This document shows, in pieces, positions 9,068 to 18,909 of a stretch of 40,117 nucleotides of DNA. Numbering within the stretch: the first letter of the stretch is position 1; every line of letters begins with the position of its first letter. Under the pieces are notes generated by a model, which saw only the letters and a program-made list of their open reading frames with translations, searched no databases and was not told the origin of the DNA. A program made the position numbers and the translations under genes. Source of the DNA: Candidatus Thorarchaeota archaeon (GTDB taxonomy: Archaea > Asgardarchaeota > Thorarchaeia > Thorarchaeales > Thorarchaeaceae); NCBI GenBank assembly GCA_029858305.1, contig JAOUFI010000015.1, forward strand, positions 1-40,117, read 5' to 3'.

Positions 9068-9472
9068 TCATAGCTTCTGACAAAGTTCAAGAAGGACACC
9101 ACCAGAGGCTTTTGGATGAATAAAGGCGATTCTTGTACCGTGGGCACCAATACGGGGAGTTTCATCAATAAGCCGTGCACCAGATTTCTTATGTCGTATA
9201 AGTGCTTCTTCAATATCATCCACCTTTAATGCAATATGATGCATTCCTCCCCCCCGCTTCTCCAAAAATCCAGCGATAGGACTATCCGGAGAAGTAGGTT
9301 CAAGAAGCTCGATTCGACTTTCCCCTATTGTCAGAAAAGCAACACGAACCTTTTGTTCGGCTACCTCTTCGGAACCTGTATAATCTAGACCTAGGATGTC
9401 TCTATAGAAACCAATCCAGTCATCAATACTCTCCACAGCTATTCCAATGTGGTCAATTTTCTCTACTTTCAT
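9068..9472 (-). CDS. mce: Methylmalonyl-CoA epimerase
   Basis: IDHIGIAV, IELLEP, GGMHHIA, GAHG..IAFIHPK, LLELCQ; last gene of the mutase operon. Confidence 0.95.
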   Translation of the reverse strand: MKVEKIDHIGIAVESIDDWIGFYRDILGLDYTGSEEVAEQKVRVAFLTIGESRIELLEPTSPDSPIAGFLEKRGGGMHHIALKVDDIEEALIRHKKSGARLIDETPRIGAHGTRIAFIHPKASGGVLLELCQKL

Positions 9473-9483
9473 AAGTACACACC

Positions 9484-11154
9484 TTATAGAATGTCAGGAG
9501 CTTTATACTCGCCAAAAACATCACGTAGGACACTACAGATTTCACCTAGTGTTGCGTACACTCTTACAGCATCCAGAATGAGGGGCATCAGGTTGTCATC
9601 GCTCTTAGCTGCAATTCTAAGAGCTGAGAGAGCTCTCTTAACTACATCATTCTTACGATGAGATCGAATTTCCTTTAATCGTTGAATCTGTTCTTGTTCT
9701 GCAAGTGGATTAACTCTTAGATAGGCGAATTGCTGTTCTTCATCCACAACAAACTCATTCATACCAACGACAATCCTGCTCTTCATGTCAACTGATGTCT
9801 GATAGTCATAGGCGCTATTATGAATTTCACGTTGGATGAATCCATTCTCTATCGCTACGGTCGCCCCGCCCATTTGATCTATCTTCTCAATATATTCAAG
9901 TGACTTCCTCTCGATCTCATCTGTCAATGACTCTACAAAGTATGATCCAGCAATTGGATCCAGAGTATCAGTTACTCCTGTTTCATGGGCGATTATTTGC
10001 TGTGTTCGCAGAGCGATTTGAACAGATTGCTCTGTAGGGAGCGAAAGCGCTTCATCTCTTGAATTGGTGTGCAATGACTGCGTTCCACCCAAAACAGCCT
10101 GCAATGCTTGAAGGGTCACACGAACAATATTGTTGTCAGGTTGCTGTGCGGTTAATGTATAGCCAGCAGTCTGCGTATGAAATCGCATCATACAGGACCT
10201 ATCATCCTTTGCGTTGAACCTCTCGCGCATGATTCGAGCCCACAAACGTCGAGCCGCTCTGAATTTGGCAATCTCTTCAAAGAATTCGCTAGTGGCCCCA
10301 AAAAAGAAAGATAGGCGTGATGCAAAAGAATCAACATCAAGACCAGCCTTAATAGCTGCTGTCACATACGCAATTCCATTGGCAAGAGTGAAAGCGACCT
10401 CCTGTATTGCAGTGGATCCGGCCTCCCGAATATGGTATCCACTAATTGAAATAGTATTGAACAGTGGCATCTTTTCAGAGCAGAACCTGAAGATATCAGT
10501 GATTAACCGCATTGATGGAGCAGGAGGAAATATGTATGTTCCTCGAGCGGCAAATTCCTTGAGGAGATCGTTCTGAATAGTACCACGCAGCTTTTCCATC
10601 GATACCCCCTGCTTTTCCCCTACTGCGATGTACATTGCTAGTAAAACAGCTGCTGGTGCATTAATCGTCATAGAGGTGCTGACTTTATCGAGGGGAATTT
10701 CATTGAACAAGAGCTCCATATCCTCAAGCGTATCAATAGCCACGCCGACTTTGCCTACTTCACCCCTTGCTAATTCATGATCAGAGTCATACCCTATCTG
10801 AGTCGGCAAGTCGAATGCAACTGAGAGACCAGTCTGTCCTTGTTCCAAGAGAAATCGAAACCGTCTATTCGTTTCAGATGCTGTGGCAAATCCGCTGTAT
10901 TGCCGCATAGTCCATAAACGCCCCCTATATCCAGTTGGCTGCACTCCTCGAGTGAATGGATATACTCCTGGAAAGCCAAGTTTCTGGTGATAGTCAATAT
11001 CTGCCACATCATAAGGTGTGTAGAGCCGCTTAACTGGAAGTCCAGATACAGTCTTGAAATTAGTTTGTCTCTCAGGAAACCGTTCGACTGTGCTTTTGAC
11101 TTCAGTATCCTCCCAGTTCTTTATTGCGTCCGAAAGTTTTGTCCTCTCCTTCAT
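9484..11154 (-). CDS. Methylmalonyl-CoA mutase, large (substrate-binding) subunit
   Basis: [14 protein letters not shown] (Tyr), [21 protein letters not shown] (Arg), [24 protein letters not shown]. Confidence 0.95.
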   Translation of the reverse strand: MKERTKLSDAIKNWEDTEVKSTVERFPERQTNFKTVSGLPVKRLYTPYDVADIDYHQKLGFPGVYPFTRGVQPTGYRGRLWTMRQYSGFATASETNRRFRFLLEQGQTGLSVAFDLPTQIGYDSDHELARGEVGKVGVAIDTLEDMELLFNEIPLDKVSTSMTINAPAAVLLAMYIAVGEKQGVSMEKLRGTIQNDLLKEFAARGTYIFPPAPSMRLITDIFRFCSEKMPLFNTISISGYHIREAGSTAIQEVAFTLANGIAYVTAAIKAGLDVDSFASRLSFFFGATSEFFEEIAKFRAARRLWARIMRERFNAKDDRSCMMRFHTQTAGYTLTAQQPDNNIVRVTLQALQAVLGGTQSLHTNSRDEALSLPTEQSVQIALRTQQIIAHETGVTDTLDPIAGSYFVESLTDEIERKSLEYIEKIDQMGGATVAIENGFIQREIHNSAYDYQTSVDMKSRIVVGMNEFVVDEEQQFAYLRVNPLAEQEQIQRLKEIRSHRKNDVVKRALSALRIAAKSDDNLMPLILDAVRVYATLGEICSVLRDVFGEYKAPDIL

Positions 11155-11160
11155 GACAAA

Positions 11161-12123
11161 TCACCTAATCTCACTTAATAAGAACTCAGCAATAAGCTGT
11201 TCAGCCACTGTGTATGGGTCCTTTTTCCTTTCGGCTATCATTCGGATTGCCTTTTCATATTCTGGCTTGCCTTGAAGTTTATGAGACAATTCTTGTGTTA
11301 GTTTATACTTCATGATGCTTTGAAGCTCTTCGCGGCTACGCTGGAGACCTTTTTGCTCGAGCAAACCAGATTCTTTGAGATAGTTGAAGTGCTCCATTAA
11401 CTTGTCAGCTAATTCAGCAATACCTTCACCAGTTCGGGAGTTTGTAAGCAAAACTGGTGGTCGCCATACTCGTTCACGCGGGTCGAGATCCAGCATTGTG
11501 TTAATCTCAGTGACTTTTTTATCAGCTCCGGGATAATCGCTCTTGTTCACGACAAAGATATCTGCAATCTCCATGATGCCTGCTTTGATTGCTTGTATAT
11601 CATCACCACTCCCCGGCACATCAGTCACTATCACTGTATGAGCAACCTCGATTATCTCAACCTCGGATTGACCTGTGCCAACAGTCTCTACAAAGATAAT
11701 ATCCTTCCCAAAAGCATCAATCACTCGAATTGCATCTGAGGCTGCACGGGATAAGCCACCAAGGTGACCGCGCGTACCCATACTTCTCACATAGACATTA
11801 TCATCAAGACTGTGTTCCTGCATGCGAATACGATCGCCCAGAAGTGCACCGCCAGTGAAGGGACTTGATGGATCAACACAGAGGACACCAATAGTCTTCG
11901 ATCTTTTTCGAAACTCTGCAGTCAGTTTGGTCACTAGAGAACTCTTTCCTGAACCAGGAGGTCCTGTGACTCCAATCACATGAGCTTTGCCCGTATGTTT
12001 GTAGAGCTTTACGAGCGCCTCTTGTGCCTGGCTGTCCTCATTCTCAATGAGAGAAATGAGACGAGCGAGATGCCTTCGGTTGCCGCTCAACACACCCTTC
12101 ACAAGTTCAGTAACTGACAACAT
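11161..12123 (-). CDS. meaB: MMCM-associated GTPase metallochaperone MeaB
   Basis: GPPGSGKS, VDPSSP, GGALLGDRIRM, ETVGTGQSE, KAGIMEI, NKSD. Confidence 0.95.
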   Translation of the reverse strand: MLSVTELVKGVLSGNRRHLARLISLIENEDSQAQEALVKLYKHTGKAHVIGVTGPPGSGKSSLVTKLTAEFRKRSKTIGVLCVDPSSPFTGGALLGDRIRMQEHSLDDNVYVRSMGTRGHLGGLSRAASDAIRVIDAFGKDIIFVETVGTGQSEVEIIEVAHTVIVTDVPGSGDDIQAIKAGIMEIADIFVVNKSDYPGADKKVTEINTMLDLDPRERVWRPPVLLTNSRTGEGIAELADKLMEHFNYLKESGLLEQKGLQRSREELQSIMKYKLTQELSHKLQGKPEYEKAIRMIAERKKDPYTVAEQLIAEFLLSEIR

Positions 12124-12143
12124 AGGTTCCTCACATATCGGAG

Positions 12144-12545
12144 CTATAGTTTGACATTTGAACGGATGTACTCAATAATTTCTTGCAAGGTTGTTCCTGG
12201 ACCGAAAATCTCAGAGATTCCGGCCTCTTTCAAATCAGGTATATCATCTTCAGGAATGATGCCACCACCAACTACAAGGATGTCATCCGCACCCTCAGCC
12301 TTGAGAAGCTCCATGATTCTCGGAAAGAGTGCATTATGGGCTCCACTAAGAATACTCAGACCGATACAATGAACCCCTTCATCTAAGGCTGCACGGACCA
12401 CCATTTCAGGCGTCTGTCTAAGACCTGTATAGATGACCTCCATGCCCGCATCACGAAGCGCACGAGCAACTATCTTGGCGCCACGATCATGTCCGTCAAG
12501 CCCAGGTTTTGCAACAAGCACACGTATCTTTTTAGATGAACTCAC
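12144..12545 (-). CDS. Acyl-CoA mutase small subunit, B12-binding
   Basis: [11 protein letters not shown] (DxHxxG), SILSGAH, GGGIIP; GTG start after GAGGTG. Confidence 0.95.
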   Translation of the reverse strand: MSSSKKIRVLVAKPGLDGHDRGAKIVARALRDAGMEVIYTGLRQTPEMVVRAALDEGVHCIGLSILSGAHNALFPRIMELLKAEGADDILVVGGGIIPEDDIPDLKEAGISEIFGPGTTLQEIIEYIRSNVKL

Positions 12546-12625
12546 AAACCCACCTCAGGTTGTTGACACATGCCGAGAAACCTTGGTCATGATATAAAGG
12601 CTTTCGATTATAGGAAAAACAGTGC

Positions 12626-13633
12626 CTAGTCTTCCATAATATGTACAACGTTCTCTCTACCCTCACGAAAACGTCTGACAAGTCCACGTTCCTCGAGATT
12701 GTTTAAGAGAAGAGAAACCTTTGCCTGAGACATCTCAAATTCGGTATAGAGGTCTTTTTGTGGACACGAACCACCCTTTCTTCGAATTACCTCTAGGACC
12801 TCTTCCTCCTCAGATGTAACTCCGATGAACCGGATTTTGCCTATCTGTCTGAGCCTGTAAAGAATTCGGGGACCAAACACAGCAATACCAATTCCAACAG
12901 CGATTCCCAAAAATGCAATAATAATTGACTCGACGACAAAAGATTCTATCTGATTAGCTTCATAGTTGGGTGTCTGATACATGATTATGAACGCCTTCTC
13001 CTGGCCAGGCTGAAGGGATGCTGTATACCACATAAAGGAGAGAGAAGACCCATCTGTATAGTTCAGGTCTGTATTGGGAAATAATGGGTCAAGGGACTCC
13101 TGGGATAGCATGGCTCCAGTTGGTAGCACTGCTGTGAAGGTCAGATTTGCCAATCCTGTGAGAGGACGGATATAGTAGATGAAGTCACCAACCAACTTTG
13201 TGATGTCAGCTCCAACAACTGATTCTGATTGGAAATCAGATGCAAGAAATCCTAAATCAATCCAGACGGATTCATTCGGATCCAGTGTCAAGCCCAGGTC
13301 AATTACAACCTCGGTATAACGATCACGTTCTACTATCAATGTACTTGCAGATGTCTGATTCACTCGTGCCAAAGTCAGGATTGCTGCAAGTGAATCTATT
13401 CTGAAGTTCAATTCTGTGACTGAAGTTCCTCCAAGATTCACCATTCGGGCTCTAATGGAAACTGTTGTTAAGCCATCGTTGTCCATTACAGCAATAATAT
13501 CGATTGGATCCAGTAAAATATCACTGGTCTGTGCAGGTTCAGACACACAATTTGTAGGAATGATTATCAAAGAGAGAACAACAAATGATAGTAAGAAGAA
13601 ACTTATTCTTTGCACAGTCCAGCACCATTCCAA
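12626..13633 (-). CDS. Membrane-anchored winged-HTH regulator (extracellular domain, TM, wHTH; COG2512-like)
   Basis: Signal peptide, beta-rich ectodomain, TM, then EEEVLEVI..KGG...QKDL...MSQAKVSLLLNNLEERGLVRR..GREN. Confidence 0.85.
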   Translation of the reverse strand: MEWCWTVQRISFFLLSFVVLSLIIIPTNCVSEPAQTSDILLDPIDIIAVMDNDGLTTVSIRARMVNLGGTSVTELNFRIDSLAAILTLARVNQTSASTLIVERDRYTEVVIDLGLTLDPNESVWIDLGFLASDFQSESVVGADITKLVGDFIYYIRPLTGLANLTFTAVLPTGAMLSQESLDPLFPNTDLNYTDGSSLSFMWYTASLQPGQEKAFIIMYQTPNYEANQIESFVVESIIIAFLGIAVGIGIAVFGPRILYRLRQIGKIRFIGVTSEEEEVLEVIRRKGGSCPQKDLYTEFEMSQAKVSLLLNNLEERGLVRRFREGRENVVHIMED

Positions 13634-13696
13634 TTCAATGTTATCCGTTCGCGCTGTTTAATGTTTAAGATTATCCTTGTTTTAGAAAGCATAGGG

Positions 13697-13722
13697 AGGG
13701 CGGCGCCAATAGTCGCCGCCCT
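13697..13722 (-). terminator. GC-rich hairpin downstream of the 13736-14890 gene
   Basis: agggcggcg-8 nt-cgccgccct, a 9-bp perfect stem. Confidence 0.55.
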
Positions 13723-13735
13723 AGTTGTTGTATTG

Positions 13736-14890
13736 TTATCTCTTTCGTATTAAAACGATGAGTATTGCTAGGAGAGAGACCGCGCCAATTCCAGATATAA
13801 GGACAATATCAATTGAGGAGCTGATGTTTGGTACACCATCTGGATAAAGGCCAATGGAAGGATCATGCAAGATACTTCCATTATCGAAGTAAGGATAAGC
13901 AAGATAGACTGCAAGTCCGATTCCAGTAGGTACGTAAGAAACATTCACTGGAACAGCTTCTGTAGCACCTCCAGGCCAAGTAATCAGCGCTGTGTCAAGC
14001 CAGCTAAAGAATCCTTGAGCCAGACCAAGTTCATAATCAATGAAATCAATCCTTTGGATATCCGTACCATTCATCGCTTCAAATCTGGTTTCATTGCCTC
14101 CGGTTGTTGTCCAGTTCATATTGGAATCAATGGTTGTATTGCGGATTCTCTCACAGGTCTGTATCCTGTGACGGTTGAGTTGTGGATCTTGATTCCCAGT
14201 AACGACACGTTCTCTTTGAAGGGTCTGAATAGCGACCATCGAGTCTTCACTACTGAATGGAAAGTTGCCAATCTCAATATCAATCTTTAACTCGGATCCT
14301 CCAGCTACACTGTAGTTGGCATGAGAGCCATGATCATCGGTGACTTCTCCGACGTAGTCATCAAGGTAGATATGTCCCCAGATCTGAATTGTAGTATCTT
14401 CATATCTTTGAACACTACCCATTCCATCAAGAGCAGCAGGTGCGACACCGGGCATCATAGAACTCTTCACGCCAGATTTTGTGTACTTTAACCACACCTC
14501 GGTAGTTACTCCACCATCTTGAACTGTTCCAGTGGTCAGGGTCCACTCATATGCTGCGAGCGGGGCAAAATGGATTTCCTCGCCTGTTTGGAATGCTCCA
14601 TCGTCATTTGCATCCTCAAACTCTGCAATCATGACAAAAGAGGTCATGAATCTGGCATGTGCGCCATCATCATCAACAGTGTACCAAAAGTGAAACTGAG
14701 GAAACTCACCATTAGCCATAATTGTGATGATGTCTGTATTAATCCAAACAGATCCATCTGACTGTCGCATGTGTTCTGGTGGTCCTCCCGGACCATGTTG
14801 TCCCATTTCTGTATTCTGTGCACTAACACTCACTGATATCGTTCCAAAGAGAATAAACAGGAGGAGCGTGCTCATGATTAGTCTATGCAA
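13736..14890 (-). CDS. Acidic secreted beta-rich surface protein with C-terminal TM anchor
   Basis: Signal peptide; several NxS/T sequons; LKIDIEIGNFPF and YPYF...ILHDPSIG motifs; TM plus RKR. Confidence 0.8.
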   Translation of the reverse strand: MHRLIMSTLLLFILFGTISVSVSAQNTEMGQHGPGGPPEHMRQSDGSVWINTDIITIMANGEFPQFHFWYTVDDDGAHARFMTSFVMIAEFEDANDDGAFQTGEEIHFAPLAAYEWTLTTGTVQDGGVTTEVWLKYTKSGVKSSMMPGVAPAALDGMGSVQRYEDTTIQIWGHIYLDDYVGEVTDDHGSHANYSVAGGSELKIDIEIGNFPFSSEDSMVAIQTLQRERVVTGNQDPQLNRHRIQTCERIRNTTIDSNMNWTTTGGNETRFEAMNGTDIQRIDFIDYELGLAQGFFSWLDTALITWPGGATEAVPVNVSYVPTGIGLAVYLAYPYFDNGSILHDPSIGLYPDGVPNISSSIDIVLISGIGAVSLLAILIVLIRKR

Positions 14891-15138
14891 ATTTTTCAGT
14901 AATAGTCACCTACATGTGCTGCTGAAGTTTGCATTTATAACCACTATTTCAGGTACGATGAATTCCGGATATTATAAGGACTTATGAAGGTGTATTTTCC
15001 TCAAAAAAACTTTATGGACACTTTTAAGCATTAAAGTAGGAATTAGAGATGCACTGAAAAGAAACTGATTGAGGTTTCCACCGCACAGTTATTAGGACTC
15101 ATGATAATAAATGTTGGAGAAAAAGGAAGGCACTGCAG

Positions 15139-15405
15139 ATGTCAGCGGATCCAGAGAATATGACACAATATGACTGGTTCTCACAAGCCAGGATTTATGA
15201 AACAATGGGAAATGATGAAAAGGCATTGCAGGCATATGAGGAGTCAATCAGGTTAGATCCACGCTATGCGAAAGCTTGGTTTCATAAAGCAAAGCTTCAC
15301 TATAGATTAGATCAGATGGATCTCGCCAGGGACTGTGTCAAGCATGTTTTAGAGCTAGAGCCAGATTGGGAGAGCTACATCAAAAAATATCTGCCTGGCC
15401 TTTAA
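15139..15405 (+). CDS. Small TPR protein (paralog of 8632-8904)
   Basis: KALQAYEESIRLDPRYAKAWFHKAKLHYRL...LELEPDW. Confidence 0.85.
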   Translation: MSADPENMTQYDWFSQARIYETMGNDEKALQAYEESIRLDPRYAKAWFHKAKLHYRLDQMDLARDCVKHVLELEPDWESYIKKYLPGL

Positions 15406-15412
15406 TTCGAAC

Positions 15413-15859
15413 CTATAGAATTGCTGAGGATGAGTCAGGATAGAGAAGCACATACACAGCTTGATTGAGAGTGAGTATTTTTCTATCAACCCACTCCATA
15501 ACCATATCTACATTTTCTTTAGAGGACACTCTGGTGAGTGCATTTAGTGTTGCATTCCTACATTGTTCAAGTCCAAGGAGCTCCTCGAGAGTCTGGACAA
15601 GAATCATTTGTCGTACATCAGGTGTTGTTTGAGTCAACCAATACAAGACGTTCTTTCTGGTTTCAACATCAACATTGGATTGTGCTGCAACCTCAGTTAA
15701 AGTGTCGGAGAGTTCTGAGATGATGTCACTGTCCTTGAGATCCTTGAGTTCAGCTTGGATTAGAGTGACGATAGCTTCTGAGTTCTCAGGATCATTACTC
15801 AAGAGATCAATTAGATCGGACCGTGCTCGTAGTGGTCCAAGTTTGTCATCTTTACTCAA
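15413..15859 (-). CDS. Hypothetical all-helical protein
   Basis: Probable TTG start at 15859 after GGTGA (the ORF track extends it to 15985); amphipathic helices; no family recognised. Confidence 0.65.
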   Translation of the reverse strand: MSKDDKLGPLRARSDLIDLLSNDPENSEAIVTLIQAELKDLKDSDIISELSDTLTEVAAQSNVDVETRKNVLYWLTQTTPDVRQMILVQTLEELLGLEQCRNATLNALTRVSSKENVDMVMEWVDRKILTLNQAVYVLLYPDSSSAIL

Positions 15860-15981
15860 GGGAATCACCACTCTATCTTGTGTAGCACTGCTAGCAGGCA
15901 AGAACACTTTCAAGTCGCTAATATGTTTGTTGCGTGGGTATTCGTTTTCTTTTCGAGATTTTTGAGTACTTGTCGAATTCT

Positions 15982-16725
15982 TCACAACAACTCAGCAAAT
16001 TCCGCAATAGAGCTTGTTACATAGTCAGGAGCTGACGAAGGTCCATATTTAGCAATCATATCTACCATAGAATAATTGCGGCTATTAATCCAGACCGTCT
16101 TGAGCCTGACCTGCTTTGCACCAACCATATCTGCATAGTACTCGTCACCGACAAAGAGGGTGTTAGATGCATTGACACCGAGGTCATCAAGAATTCTTTG
16201 AAAGATGGAACTCATGGGTTTGAAAGCTTTTACAGTACCACAATCTACAACTGCTTGAAAATAGAAGTGAAGCTTTAGTTTTTTCAAGAGCAAAACAGCA
16301 TGTCCTTCAAAGCTATTCGAAAGTACACCCATTTTAATCCCCTGTGATTTTAATGCATCAAGCATTTCGACTACGCCAGGGTATGGTTCGGAGAGTTCGA
16401 TATGAAGTGCTTTGAATCGTTGAGTAGCTTCCTCTACAAGCGAAGGATTCACCTCGTGGTCTATATCACGAAGACTGTTGCTCATTGCGGTACGTACAAT
16501 TTCAAAAGGGGTACGGAATGGGGCGCCATCAACGATGTCTTGGATGCCCCTGAAGTATCTCATGACCAGATTCTTTAGAAAGGCGGCTGATTTTTCCTCG
16601 GAAACAACATTGGATTTCTCTAGTAGCCACCTACTTGCAACTAGTGGATAGTGGTGAGTGTCCAACAGTGTTGAGTCAAGGTCAAACACGATTGCCTCAA
16701 ACTCTTTTATGTCCAGTTTAATCAA
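15982..16725 (-). CDS. HAD-superfamily hydrolase
   Basis: FDLDSTL, VLSN, KP, FVGD...DMVGA. Confidence 0.92.
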   Translation of the reverse strand: MIKLDIKEFEAIVFDLDSTLLDTHHYPLVASRWLLEKSNVVSEEKSAAFLKNLVMRYFRGIQDIVDGAPFRTPFEIVRTAMSNSLRDIDHEVNPSLVEEATQRFKALHIELSEPYPGVVEMLDALKSQGIKMGVLSNSFEGHAVLLLKKLKLHFYFQAVVDCGTVKAFKPMSSIFQRILDDLGVNASNTLFVGDEYYADMVGAKQVRLKTVWINSRNYSMVDMIAKYGPSSAPDYVTSSIAEFAELL

Positions 16726-16744
16726 GTGCGATGTCTCCAGCTGG

Positions 16745-17515
16745 TTACTCGCCTTTAGCTAGATAGATGCCATTTGGATCCAATTTATGCATGATATCAA
16801 TCTGTTCTTGTGTTGGTTCGGGAGTTGTAGGCACATCATCAGGAACTATCAAGTCGAACATCACATTGTCAAGGATGTCTTGGACTGAATAACCAGGATG
16901 AACAGACATGAGTCTTATTTTCTTCGTTTCAGGGTCAAAGTCCATCTGGCACATGTCTGTGATAACCACTTCTGGACCCTTGCCAACCATTGACCATTTC
17001 TCGCGGGAACCTGGGCCCTCAAGATGACCAGGAGAAGTCATATAATCTAATTTCTTCAGAAATTTCCTTTTATCGTGTGACATCATAATGATGAGCCGCT
17101 TTGCTGATGATGCTATATCATTTCCTCCACCACTTCCAGGTAGCTTAACTTTGGGCGCATCATAGGGACCAATGTAGCTAGTGTTTATGTTTCCATACTC
17201 ATCCAGTTGAGCAGCGCCCAAAAAGCCCACATCGATTCGACCTCCCTGCAAAAGAAAGCCAAGGGTTTCGATGAGTCCCAGAGACGCTGCACAGCCGAAG
17301 TAATATCTCGTATCCGCCACTGATAGAGGTACGTTTCGAGGACGAGCATCAATAAAACCAGCCTCTGAAATGAGATTAGATCTTGGAGCATGAGTTTCTT
17401 TTGCCAAAAGAGCCGCCAGAAGAGGCATTCCTGTCCCTCCAAACACATTTTCACCATCTCTAACATGACTAGAAGCACATGCGATCAAGAATTCTATCTT
17501 TGTATATTGCACCAT
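16745..17515 (-). CDS. Family I CoA-transferase beta subunit (glutaconate CoA-transferase-like)
   Basis: GTGMP, ISEAG (catalytic Glu), LGAAQLDEYGNIN, LPGSGGGNDIAS. Confidence 0.9.
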   Translation of the reverse strand: MVQYTKIEFLIACASSHVRDGENVFGGTGMPLLAALLAKETHAPRSNLISEAGFIDARPRNVPLSVADTRYYFGCAASLGLIETLGFLLQGGRIDVGFLGAAQLDEYGNINTSYIGPYDAPKVKLPGSGGGNDIASSAKRLIIMMSHDKRKFLKKLDYMTSPGHLEGPGSREKWSMVGKGPEVVITDMCQMDFDPETKKIRLMSVHPGYSVQDILDNVMFDLIVPDDVPTTPEPTQEQIDIMHKLDPNGIYLAKGE

Positions 17516-17517
17516 TC

Positions 17518-18432
17518 TCAATACCCCCAAGGTCGTGTTGCACGCAATTTATTCAGACGCTCCCAACCTACAAGATCAAGATATCCAAAGTGATCCTCAA
17601 CACCGAGAATATGATTATCGAGATATTCTCGCCAACCCTCTTCGGTCTTTGTCAGTTTATGGAACATCATAAGATGCTCCAAATCATAGTCATAGTAGTC
17701 ATGACACATCATAGGATGAGCAATGTATGGTAGCACCACAATATGATCAACATAAGTTGCAGGTATTTTGGTCTGGTCTGGATGTGTCCTTATTTCGGTT
17801 TCATCAATTAGTTCCTCAGCCAAAATAATCAATTTCTTGCCGCATCTTGATCCTTCGATATCCTCACCAACAATCCCATCTATCTGAGCATTGCCAGATT
17901 TATCAACTCGCTGTACATGCACAATACTGAATTCAGGTTGAAGTGATGGCACAAGACAAATCTTTTGACCAGTAAAGGGACAATCTATGACCTTGAGCTT
18001 GTTTTCTCCGCGATAACGAGCGAGATTCACCATATCAGTTCCCATCATGCTTCGAATGGGCATAAATGGTACATTCAGAGCCCCACCAAGAAAGCGCATA
18101 GCCATAGCCAAATTTGTATAATCCTCAACTTGTAGAGCGCCTTCAGAAACTCTGCGGCGTATGTTGTTTGAGAGCCCTAAAGCTTCTATGGCAGAGAATG
18201 CGATTTCAAATCTAGAAGCCACACCAGCCCCCGCCATAATTTCAAGATCGACTTCGGATCCACATGTATAGATTGTAAGGTTCCTCTTCTTCTGCCGCAC
18301 GAGTTCATGAGCGAAAGCTATTGGGGGTCTTTGATAACCAAAACCACCCCAGAAGAGACCATCACCATCAGATACTAGCTTTACTGCTTCTTCGAGTGTG
18401 ATACGTTTGTCTTCAATCTCTGCTTCAGTCAA
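17518..18432 (-). CDS. Family I CoA-transferase alpha subunit
   Basis: GGFG..RPP, GALNVPFMP, CPFTG, HVQRVDKSGNAQ, AHP...YYDYD; 2 nt upstream of the beta subunit. Confidence 0.9.
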   Translation of the reverse strand: MTEAEIEDKRITLEEAVKLVSDGDGLFWGGFGYQRPPIAFAHELVRQKKRNLTIYTCGSEVDLEIMAGAGVASRFEIAFSAIEALGLSNNIRRRVSEGALQVEDYTNLAMAMRFLGGALNVPFMPIRSMMGTDMVNLARYRGENKLKVIDCPFTGQKICLVPSLQPEFSIVHVQRVDKSGNAQIDGIVGEDIEGSRCGKKLIILAEELIDETEIRTHPDQTKIPATYVDHIVVLPYIAHPMMCHDYYDYDLEHLMMFHKLTKTEEGWREYLDNHILGVEDHFGYLDLVGWERLNKLRATRPWGY

Positions 18433-18531
18433 ATTTACTCACCTTGATGAGAATGCTTTCTATTAACGCATCGCGAGGAAAACATGATGCCTTTTATGTT
18501 TCTCCGTACTAGAGAGAATCCCTCTCAGATC

Positions 18532-18864
18532 TTAAGATCCACCAACAAATATCATCAGCAATACTGTTGCGATTATGAGCACGCCTATAATTATCATGCA
18601 GGTACAGAAGAAAGTTCTTGAAAGAGTGTCACTTGATGTGCCGAAAGAATCCATGTCGTCTCCAATTGATACTCTTGCTCCTAAACGGCTCCTAGTAATA
18701 TGAAGCCCAAGGTCATCCTCGATTGGAAACGAGCCGGCTCCAGAGGTGAATGCAAATATGGAATCACACTCTGGGCACCGTATCTGAATGGACCCTTGTA
18801 GAGCCTCAGGAATCGATTCTTTGAAGATTGTTCCACAATAGGGACATGTAGGTTCTTCGCCCAC
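18532..18864 (-). CDS. Zn-ribbon protein with C-terminal TM
   Basis: PTCPYCG...IRCPEC; C-terminal FFCTCMIIIGV TM. Confidence 0.8.
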   Translation of the reverse strand: MGEEPTCPYCGTIFKESIPEALQGSIQIRCPECDSIFAFTSGAGSFPIEDDLGLHITRSRLGARVSIGDDMDSFGTSSDTLSRTFFCTCMIIIGVLIIATVLLMIFVGGS

Positions 18865-18909
18865 GCATTCAACCCCCCACCTAAATACATCACGATTCGA
18901 CGCAATACC

